A stretch of DNA of 64,000 nt from Rebecca billardiae RCC1528 (Eukaryota > Protista > Haptophyta), in the NCBI GenBank assembly GCA_965240325.2, contig OZ251249.1, forward strand, positions 558,001-622,000, in the 5' to 3' direction. Each line of letters begins with the position of its first letter. Position 1 is the first letter of the stretch. Shown piece after piece: positions 1 to 9,153 of this stretch. The notes under the pieces were generated by a model, which saw only the letters and a program-made list of their open reading frames with translations, made no database searches and had not been told where the DNA came from. The translations under genes were made by a program, and so were the position numbers.

Positions 1-1395
1 AGGCTCGTTCGCCTCCGTCTCCGAGCTGCAGTCCGAGGGCAAGTCCGGCGCGTTCTTCTACTTCTCCGCCGACTCGAATTACCTGCTCAAGACAATCTCG
101 CGCGCCGAGATGCGCTACCTGCGCGAGATCCTGCCGAGATACGTCGCGCACTTGCGCAGGCGCGACAAGCTCGCGCGGCGCGCGGCGGCGGCGGGCGCGG
201 GCGGCGGCGGCGCGGGCGCGGTGCCCACCGGCGCGTCGCTGCTCCCGCGCATCACCTCGGCGCACGAGCTGCGCCTCCCAGACGGCACGCGTGTGCCCTT
301 TGTCGTGATGCGCAACGTGTTTGCCACCGACCGCCGCATCCACGAGCGCTTCGACTTGAAGGGCTCGACGGTTGGCCGGCTGACGGACGCGGAGACGCTG
401 GCGCGCACGCCCGACGCGACGCAGAAGGACCTCAACCTGGGCGCGCGCACGTTCGCGCTGCCCGCGCCCAAGCGCGCCGCGCTGCTGGAGGCGATCTCGG
501 CCGATCTCGAGTTCTTGCAGAGCGTGCGCTCGATGGACTACTCGCTGCTCATCGGTGTGCACAGGCGGGGCGGGCAGCGCGCGCACTCCGCGGCGGCGGC
601 GGCGGCGGCGGCGGCGCCCGCGTCAGCGAGCGCGGCGGCGCTCGACAGCGCGCTCGACCACGCGGAGGCGGAGGCGAGCACGGCCGCGGCCGACGCGCGC
701 GCGACGCCGACGCGCACGCCCGCCGCGCTGCGCGCGCCGAGCGACGTCGATCTGCGCTTCGCCGAGGCGCGGTGGCAGACGCGCATGCTCACGCTCGGAG
801 GCGGCAGCGGCTACCTCGGAGCGCCGAGCGCCGGCGCGCCGGGCATCGGCAGCGTGGCCGAGTCGCCAGAGCCGCCGACGCCGCCCGCGCGCGCGTCGGG
901 CAGCGGCGCGCGCGCGCCGCCCGCGCTCGCCGGCGCGCTCGCCGACACGCCCGACGGCGGCATCTACGCCGCGCCGCCGCGCTCCGACGCCGAGGGCGGG
1001 CGGGGCGGCGCGCAGGAGGCCGAGCCCACTGAGGTGCTGTACATCGGGCTGATCGACATCACCACCACCTGGGGCGTGTCCAAGCAGGCGGAGCGCGCCG
1101 TCAAGGGTGCGCGCGCGCGCGCGCGCGCGGAGGCGCGCGCGCGGACGCGCGCGCAGGCGGGCGTGGCGGCGGTGGCGCGCGGCCGTGGCAGCTGGCGCCA
1201 CCTCGCGCCGCGCCCCCGCCCTGACGGCTGCCCCGCGCCCGCGCCGCCGCCGCTGTGCTGCGTGCAGGTATCGTGCACAGCCGGCATGCGATCTCGGCCG
1301 TGCCGCCCGCCGAGTACGCGCAGCGCATGCTCGCCTTCCTCCAGGCCAAGATTGTCGCGGACGGCCCGTCGCAGGACGCCGAGGCGCGCGTGTGA
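1..1395 (+). CDS. Phosphatidylinositol-phosphate kinase (PIP5K family), 3' part; 5' end lies outside the window
   Basis: Frame from nt 2 reads GKSGAFFYFSADSNYLLKT...FVVMRNVF...RFDLKGS...KDLN...MDYSLLIG...YIGLIDI. Removing a GT-AG intron at 1107-1267 gives the C-terminal ISAVPPAEYAQRM motif and a TGA at 1393-1395. Confidence 0.93.
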
Positions 1396-2381
1396 GCGTG
1401 TGAGCCGTGATAACGCGCCGTCAGGGACTCAGGGCGGACGCGCGCGCCGGGAGTAACCGGCGAGCAGTCCAGCACGACTGTCGGCCGGTGCCGGTGGCGC
1501 TCGCGTTGGCAGCGAGCAGTAGTTGTAGTGATGACGAGTTGCGTGAGTAGTATAGCAGCATCTATCAGCCATCGATCGTCAGTGCGACGGCGGGCCGGCC
1601 CGTCACCGTCGGCCCGTCTGCCGTCACGGATTACGAACGTCAGCATCAGGACGATCAGCAAGGGCGGTCTGCTAACTCTAACTCTGCTAACTACTAAGCG
1701 CGCGGGCCCGGCGGGCGCCGGCGGTCTCGTCGGGTCGATCTGCTCGGCTTCATCTGCTGGACGCGACGATATCCGGCGGCCTCCGGGAAGTATCTCACGC
1801 ACCAGCGGCCCGCGCCTTATCGTCCCCTGACGAGAAGGTTACATCCGCACACCTACTAGACGCTGATAGTAACACCTAGTACGACGCGGAGGATAATCAG
1901 ATTCGTCACTGGAGACAACGAAACATCCGAAGGCCTCAAACCACACACACACAAATATATATATAATTTAATGTCAAAATATATAGAACACAAAATTAAA
2001 AACCAAAATAAAATTCATGCACCATTTACGCATGCCAACGGCATCATGATCATTTTTATTACTATCTAAATTTTATTTTGATAGTAACATTGTTATTACT
2101 AACTAGTATAATGACGTTGTTACTGCTATAGTTAGTAGCATTGGTAGCTATCTCGGTAGTGACACTGTCACTACTAAGCTAGATCTATACTTCAATCTAT
2201 ACTTGCTATAATACTATACTTCAATCCCGGTCAGTCATCTCAGACATTGATAGATAGATATCCGACTCGAGTCGTCTCGGCGTCTGTCATTCTCTTGAAA
2301 GTTATTCTGGCGTCCGCCGGAACAGTCATCAGCATAGTCTAGCTGCTCTCTCTCTCTGTCTCTAGCTAAGCTGCTACTAGA

Positions 2382-2439
2382 ATCATTATCATCATCATCA
2401 TCCATCATCATCATCATCATCATCATCATCGTCGTCGTC
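2382..2439. repeat. (CAT)n/(CGT)n microsatellite in an AT-rich segment
   Basis: Directly visible ATCATCATC... run; it explains the poly-M/D ORF 2235..2429. Confidence 0.9.
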
Positions 2440-2539
2440 TGAATAGTAAAGCTTGTTACAAAGTACGACTACTAAATATACTAACTTTAGCGTGTATCTG
2501 TGAAGTCCTGTCTAACTACCCGTTCGACCGCCTATGCCC

Positions 2540-2990
2540 TATCCGGACGGGGCATCGAGCTCGAGCCAGGCCCGCATCCAGACCTGCGTGTAAAGTTGCA
2601 AAGTGTAAAGTAGGTCCGGGAGCCCAGCCGGACTTGTCCGGCCAGTCCGACCGGACGCGTGCCAGCTGCCACCGGGCCCGGCACTCTCCGGCGCCTCCGC
2701 CCGGCGCCGGCCGGTCGCCGGGGCGCCGCGGCCGAGAGGCAGTGCAAAGTTGTAAAGTGTAAATTACATCCGGGAGCCAGGCCGGACCTATCCGGACAGC
2801 CGTCCGGCCACGCACGCGTGCGGGCTGTGCCGACGCGCCGCGCCGGCCGGCTGCCGGGCGCACGAGGGCGTGTATGACAGTGTGAAAAAGTAAATCCGGG
2901 CGCCTCCGGACGGGGCATCGCGCGCCGCGCAAGCTGCTTGGCCCAGCAACCCCCCGTAAAAGTTGTAAAGTGTAAAGTAAGTCCGGGGCT
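2540..2990 (-). repeat. Four degenerate inverted copies of the TTTACA-core repeat
   Basis: TGTAAAGTTGCAAAGTGTAAAGTAGGTCCGG at about 2589, with related cores at about 2743, 2871 and 2955. These are reverse complements of the core in the 5125-7120 array, and the first copy also retains flanking spacer sequence. Confidence 0.88.
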
Positions 2991-3239
2991 TTCGCGGGTC
3001 CAATCCGGGATCCCGCAGCCCGAGCGGCGGCGCGATGTTCGCCGCCATGGTCGATGGTGTTCGCAAGCACGTTCAGAAGCCGCCCGCCCTCGACGACGCG
3101 ATCTGCACGTGCGCGCGTTGGTCAGAGCACACGCGTGACGTGGGTGAGTCGGGGGACTACCCACTACGAAGCAAAGTAGAGCGTGAAGCAAGGTAGAGTG
3201 TGTTTCCGCGTGCGCGCTCGGGCAGCTCTGCTGTGACCC

Positions 3240-4490
3240 CTCGGCCACGTCGTGATGTGTGCGTCCGCGCGCACGGCCACGCCAGCGTGGCCAGTGCGCT
3301 TCCTCTTCAACGACACCAACGAGCTCGCCCTGGCGCACAACGTTGGCAGCAGCGCCGTGACTACACGGCTGCTGGTGGTGCGCGTGTCCGGTTGGCCACA
3401 CCCTCGTGACTCTGCGGCTGCGCGCAGAAGCAGCGCCACCGGCGTGCTGCTGCCTGCCGGCATGCTGGTGGCGCCCGCGCCCGCGCCGCCGCCGCCATTT
3501 TGTGACCGTCCCACAGTGCGCCCCGCTGCATGCGCCTTGTGGCGCGCGTCCGGTTGGCCACAGCCTCGTGACTCTGCGGCTCTGCGGCTGCGCGCACAAG
3601 CAGCGCCACCGGCGTGCTGCCGCTGCCGGCATGCTGATGGCGCCCGCGCCCGCGCCGCCGCCGCCATTTTGTGACCTTCCCGCGCCGTGCGCCCCGCTGC
3701 ATGCGCCGTCTGGGGCGCGTCCGGCTGACCGCAGCCTCGTGACTCTGCGGCTGCGCGCGCAAGCATCGCCACTGGCGTGCTGCCGCTGCTCGCATGCTGA
3801 TGGCGCCCGCGCCCGCGCCGCCGCCGCCATTTTGTGACCTTCCCGCGCGGTGCGCCCCGCTGCATGCGCCGTCTGGGGCGCGTCCAGTTAGCCACAGCCT
3901 CGTGACTCTGCGTCTCTGCGGCTGCACGCGCATCTACCGCGGCGGGCTGCGCCTGCTGTTCACGGCCAAGGCGGACGGCGAACCCCGTACATCCCCGCCG
4001 CGGTCGTTGCCACCGCCGGCGACGGCGTCGTGCGCTGCGAGTGGCTTGCGCGCCTGCCCGCGTGGCACGCCCTCCGCACCCGCACTGTGCCCGCGGCTTG
4101 GCCCACACGCGTGCACAACGAGGCGGTCGAATGGGCAGCGCGTGCGTAGACGGCACCTGCGCCGTCGGGTCAGCGCCGCCCGTGCGCCGGGCGTGCGCAC
4201 CTTCCCGCCTCGCCAGCTGGCGCGCGAACCGCCCTCGCCGCGTGGCTAAACGAGCAGCTCGGCTCGCGCGGCGCGGGCGAGCCGATCAGTGCGCGCCCGG
4301 CGGCGCCGGGCGCTGGCCGCCGATTACGCGCGTGTACGCGGGGCGCTCGCCGGGTCTACTCGCGACGTGCTCGACGGCGAGTCGATGGTGTGACTACAAG
4401 CGCAGTGAGCACTGGCGGCGGATTGTCTTCTACTTCGCCAAGCTAGACGGCATCGACCTCTGCTGCGTGGACGACGCGTGTGTCCACGCG
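3240..4490 (+). pseudogene. Decayed archaeo-eukaryotic primase (PrimPol/herpes UL52/NCLDV-type) with C-terminal Zn finger, interrupted by a tandem repeat
   Basis: Collinear fragments VVMCASAR...WPVRFLFND (about 3250-3315), TRIYRGGLRLLFTAKADG (about 3926-3980; resembles D-x2-(V/I)Y...LR(L/M)..s.K) and SRWCDYKRSEHWRRIVFYFAKLDGIDLCCVDDAC (about 4380-4482; C-x6-H...C-x-D-x2-C like the PrimPol/UL52 Zn finger). The frames are not continuous. Confidence 0.45.
3380..3925 (+). repeat. About 3.3 copies of a 160-170 bp GC-rich tandem repeat
   Basis: Recurrent CCTCGTGACTCTGCG at about 3402, 3564, 3735 and 3898, and GCCGCCGCCATTTTGTGACC three times. Confidence 0.9.
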
Positions 4491-5124
4491 CACGGCCGCG
4501 CAGGCGCAGCTGCCGTGCGCCTTCGTGGCTTCCTTTTGACGGTGCCGACGGGCTCGCCCCCTCACCACGCGTGGCCTGCGCGGCCGTGCAGCGCGGGCAC
4601 GGTGGCTCGCGCGGCAAGGCGCCGGTTGCGCGCTCGCAGCAGTTTGCAGCCCTCCGGCGCGCGGCGTTTGCTGCAGCGCCGTGACCACGCGGCTGTGGGC
4701 CGCGCCACTGGTGCTGCTGGCCGCCGCGGCCATGCCGCCGCCGCCATGATACGACCTTTTCGCGCTGTGCGCCCCGCTACACACAGCATGCGTGGACGAC
4801 CGCGCTGCGCCTCGCGCCAAATGGCGCCCAGCAATACGGATGCGCACTGCACACTGCGTGCAGCGGGTTGAACGGCCCTGGCTGTGGCGTGCAACGTGCG
4901 CCGTAGAGGCGTGACTCGCCAGCCCGCGGCGGGCGTAGCGCGCGCACGCACGGGCGAGCAGCACTACTGCGTGTTGCTCAGCCGCGCCCGCGCCGCGCCA
5001 TCGGTAGGTGGTGGCGCCCTCGACCGGTATCGAATCGCCCTCCCTCACCTACCTCCCTCGCCCGGGCGGGTCGATCGCGGGCGCCGGCATCGCGATCAAA
5101 TCGCGTCCGGCCGCGTCGTCCCGC

Positions 5125-7120
5125 CCGGACTTACTTTACACTTTACAACTTTACAGGCCCTCTCGCGCCCGCGGCCCGGCGGCGGCGCGGCGGCCGGCGG
5201 GCCAGCATGCGTCCGGTCGGACTGGCCGGACATGTCCGGCTGGGCTCCCGGACCTACTTTACACTTTACAACTTTACACGCCGGGCTGGGTGCTGGCCTG
5301 GCTCGTGCTCGATGCCCCGTCCGGACGTGCGCTCCCGGACCTACTTTACACTTTATACAACTTTACAGGCCCTCTCGCGCCCGCGGCCGGCCGGCCGGCG
5401 GCGCGGCGGCCAGCATGCGTCCGGTCGGACTGGCCGGACATGTCCGGCTGGGCTCCCGGACCTACTTTACACTTTACAACTTTACACGCCGGGCTGGGTG
5501 CTGGCCTGGCTCGTGCTCGATGCCCCGTCCGGACGTGCGCTCCCGGACTTACTTTACACTTTACAACTTTACAGGCCCTCTCGCGCCCGCGGCCGGCGGC
5601 GCGGCGGCCAGCACGCGTCCGGTCGGACTGGCCGGACATGTCCGGCCGGGCTCCCGGACCTACTTTACACTTTACAACTTTACACGCCGGGCTGGGTGCT
5701 GGCCTGGCTCATGGTCGATGCCCCGTCCGGACGTGCGCTCCCGGACCTACTTTACACTTTACAACTTTACAGGCCCTCTCGCGCCCGCGGCCGCGGCGGC
5801 GCGACGGCCAGCATGCGTCCGGTCGGACTGGCCGGACATGTCCGGCTGGGCTCCCGGACCTACTTTACACTTTACAACTTTACACGCCGGGCTGGGTGCT
5901 GGCCTGGCTCGTGCTCGATGCCCCGTCCGGACGTGCGCTTCCGGACTTACTTTACACTTTACAACTTTACAGGCCCTCTCGCGCCCGCGGCCGGCGGCGC
6001 GGCGGCCACGGCATGCGTCCGGTCGGACTGGCCGGACATGTCCGGCTGGGCTCCCGGACCTACTTTACACTTTACAACTTTACACGCCGGGCTGGGTGCT
6101 GGCCTGGCTCGTGCTCGATGCCCCGTCCGGACGTGCGCTCCCGGACCTACTTTACACTTTACAACTTTACAGGCCCTCTCGCGCCCGCGGCCGCGGCGGC
6201 GCGACGGCCAGCATGCGTCCGGTCGGACTGGCCGGACATGTCCGGCTGGGCTCCCGGACCTACTTTACACTTTACAACTTTACACGCCGGGCTGGGTGCT
6301 GGCCTGGCTCGTGCTCGATGCCCCGTCCGGACGTGCGCTCCCGGACCTACTTTACACTTTATACAACTTTACAGGCCCTCTCGCGCCCGCGGCCGGCCGG
6401 CCGGCGGCGCGGCGGCCAGCATGCGTCCGGTCGGACTGGCCGGACATGTCCGGCTGGGCTCCCGGACCTACTTTACACTTTACAACTTTACACGCCGGGC
6501 TGGGTGCTGGCCTGGCTCGTGCTCGATGCCCCGTCCGGACGTGCGCTCCCGGACTTACTTTACACTTTACAACTTTACAGGCCCTCTCGCGCCCGCGGCC
6601 GGCGGCGCGGCGGCCAGCACGCGTCCGGTCGGACTGGCCGGACATGTCCGGCTGGGCTCCCGGACCTACTTTACACTTTACAACGTTACACGCCGGGCTG
6701 GGTGCTGGCCTGGCTCGTGCTCGATGCCCCGTCCGGATCTGCGCTCCCGGACCTACTTTACACTTTACAACTTTACAGGCCCTCTCGCCCCCGCGGCCGG
6801 CGGCGCGGCGGCCAGCATGCGTCCGGTCGGACTGGCCGGACATGTCCGGCTGGGCTCCCGGACCTACTTTACACTTTACAACTTTACACGCCGCGGGCTG
6901 GGTGCTGGCCTGGCTCATGGTCGATGCCCCGTCCGGACGTGCGCTCCCGGACTTACTTTACACTTTACAACTTTACAGGCCCTCTCGCGCCCGCGGCCGG
7001 CGGCGCGGCGGCCAGCATGCGTCCGGTCGGACTGGCCGGACATGTCCGGCTGGGCTCCCGGACCTACTTTACACTTTACAACTTTACACGCCGGGCTGGG
7101 TGCTGGCCTGGCTCATGGTC
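5125..7120 (+). repeat. Tandem array of ten ~200-bp units, each with two CCGGAC(C/T)TACTTTACACTTTACAACTTTACA cores separated by alternating GC-rich spacers
   Basis: Unit starts at about 5125, 5335, 5543, 5741, 5941, 6141, 6341, 6549, 6747 and 6947; units are near-identical. Confidence 0.97.
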
Positions 7121-7870
7121 GCGCCAGCCAGATCAGTCGCGCGCGCGCGGCGGCACTGCGCGCGCGCGGGGCGCGCGTGCCTTTCCTAGAAACTTCCGCA
7201 GAGCCGCGAGAAGGTTACACTTTACATAGTGACAGGGCTGGACCAGGCTTACTAGTTACACATAGGAGACCACGACGTTACATATAGGAGGCATAGGCTA
7301 CATTTCTACTATACGGCTTTTCTGGGGGGTGTAACCTTCTCGTGACAGGACCACCACCGGCCCGCGCACCGCGGGCCATCGGCATCACGGCGATGCGGCG
7401 GCTCACGGACTGCGTGAGTCGGCTGCTGCCTAACTGATGACGCGGCGGCAGATATGCACAGCGCGGGCGGCCTCACGCCGCCAACGCCCGCAACGGCAAC
7501 GTCAGGGCCAACGGCCTGCGCGGACAATGCGCGCGAGTCACCGGGGCCGGCGGCGCGGCGCGGTCGAGGGCACGGCGAGGCTGCGGCGGCGCCGCAGTCT
7601 GTTGAGTGTTAAGTATTGTGACACTTGTGTGACTGTGAGTGTTGAGACGGTGGCAGCCAGTCGCCAGTGGCAGTGTCAGTGAGTCCGGCCGCTCCGGCCC
7701 CGGGGCCGCCGCGTCCCGGTCGGGGCCGAGACCGTTTGCGCCCCATTTATAAAGTGAGGACGAGCGGCGGAGTCTGACTGCAGACTCTGCAGAGTATTGC
7801 TCGTATAAATAACGCGGTCCGCGCGACGCCCGATCGCACGGCGCGCGGCGCGGGCCGCGACCGGCGGCGG

Positions 7871-8953
7871 CTACACGCGGTCGTCAGATGGTCTCGATCT
7901 GCTCGGTGATGATGCGGAGCCGTGATGGGCTGTGTCTGTGACGACGCCCGTCCCCGCCGCGGACGCCGATGCCGCCATCACACCGCCGCCATTCTCATGA
8001 TTCTGCTGGCCGCCATCATGCGGTCGTGGCGGGAGCGGTAGCGCGAATGCTGCCGCCGCAGCCGGCGCGGCGGCGGCTGGGCCCAGGCCCTCGGCGCTTT
8101 GCGGCGGCGGCGGCTGCTGCTGGCCGCGCCGCGGCCAGGGCTGGGCGAATGCCGACGGCGGTGGCAGCTTGGCCGCAGCAAGGCTGGCCGCGTCGGCGCC
8201 CGCGTGCGTGGCGTGCTGCTGCTCAGAATCAGGAGGCGCCGCGCCGCGGCCGAACGGCTGCCCTGAGAGCAGGTCCATGTGCCGCGCGTGCCCTGGCTCC
8301 GGCCCGGCGGGCGCGCCAGCGGGGCCGCCGGCCGGGGAGGCAACTGCTGGCAGCGCGCGCTCAGCCTCAGCGCTCGTGGCGGCGCCGTTGGTCGCTGCGC
8401 GCGCTGCACGCGCGCGACCGAGCGCGCCGTCATAGTTGTTGGCATACGCCCCTGCGGCTGTGGGCACGCCGTCCGCGGACTGCCTGTCGCGCATCTCGAA
8501 CGCCGCGTCCGACGCGTCCGCCGGCGGGTCAGCGGCGCGGTGCGGGCTGGCTTTCCGCCAGTGCCAGTACGACGCGCCCATGCAGACGAGGACGGCGCAG
8601 ACGAGGACGACGGCGACGATCGCGCCCACGGTCTCCTGCTCTTGGTCGGACCCCTCCGTGGGCGCCTTGCGGTCCAGCTCGGACGTGGAGCCATCCGGGA
8701 ACGAAAAGCCATCGTCGGAGTCATCGCCGCCGTCGGCATCGCCGCCGCCGCCGCTGCCGCCACCTCCCGACTCCGGCCCAGGCGGCGGCGAGGGTGGGGG
8801 CAGCGGCGGCGGCGCGGTCGATGGCGGCGAAGAGGGCGGAGGCGGCACTGGCGGCGGTGAGAACGGTGGCGGCTGCGCCGAGGCGAGTGTGGAGAGCAAG
8901 TGGACGACGACGACCGCGGCGAGGGGGCGGCGCCACACACCTCGCGGTCCCAT
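7871..8953 (-). CDS. Single-pass type I membrane protein, Pro/Gly-rich, function unknown
   Basis: ATG at 8953, signal-like LAAVVVVHLLSTLASAQ, Pro-rich stalk, TM segment VGAIVAVVLVCAVLVCMGASYWHW followed by RK. Confidence 0.7.
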   Translation of the reverse strand: MGPRGVWRRPLAAVVVVHLLSTLASAQPPPFSPPPVPPPPSSPPSTAPPPLPPPSPPPGPESGGGGSGGGGDADGGDDSDDGFSFPDGSTSELDRKAPTEGSDQEQETVGAIVAVVLVCAVLVCMGASYWHWRKASPHRAADPPADASDAAFEMRDRQSADGVPTAAGAYANNYDGALGRARAARAATNGAATSAEAERALPAVASPAGGPAGAPAGPEPGHARHMDLLSGQPFGRGAAPPDSEQQHATHAGADAASLAAAKLPPPSAFAQPWPRRGQQQPPPPQSAEGLGPAAAAPAAAAAFALPLPPRPHDGGQQNHENGGGVMAASASAAGTGVVTDTAHHGSASSPSRSRPSDDRV

Positions 8954-9153
8954 CGCGCCCGCCTTGCCGGAGGAGGCCACGCCCGTGCGCCGCCGCCGAG
9001 CGGCCGGGTCAGGTGCTGAAAATCGTCGTGTCGTGTCTTTTTTTATTCGCTACCCGTCGGGCGGACTGCCGGTGGTCGTCGACGGAATCTCTCATGATGA
9101 GTCAGCAGCGGAGTCGCAGGCGCAGCGCGCCCGTCCGATCATGCTGAGTGATG

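Larger units (their letters stand above)
1831..7342. mobile_element. 5.5-kb DNA transposon-like element with terminal inverted repeats and a 3-bp TSD (TGA); apparently non-autonomous
   Basis: CGAGAAGGTTACA (1831-1843) and its exact reverse complement TGTAACCTTCTCG (7330-7342), each flanked by TGA (1828-1830, 7343-7345). Base composition drops inside both ends, and related repeat arrays lie in opposite orientation inside. Confidence 0.72.

Noticed and set aside
2235-2429. Poly-Met/Asp ORF
   Set aside because: Translation of the (CAT)n microsatellite.
5125-7120. CRISPR array (31-bp repeats separated by spacers)
   Set aside because: Spacers are not unique but alternate between two fixed sequences; no cas genes; eukaryotic context.
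5125-7120. Telomeric repeat
   Set aside because: TTTACA/TGTAAAG lacks the G-run of TTAGGG-type repeats and is interspersed with long GC-rich spacers.
4884-7287. Long ORFs of 660-781 aa in all three plus frames
   Set aside because: They are translations of the tandem array; the same peptides rotate among frames.
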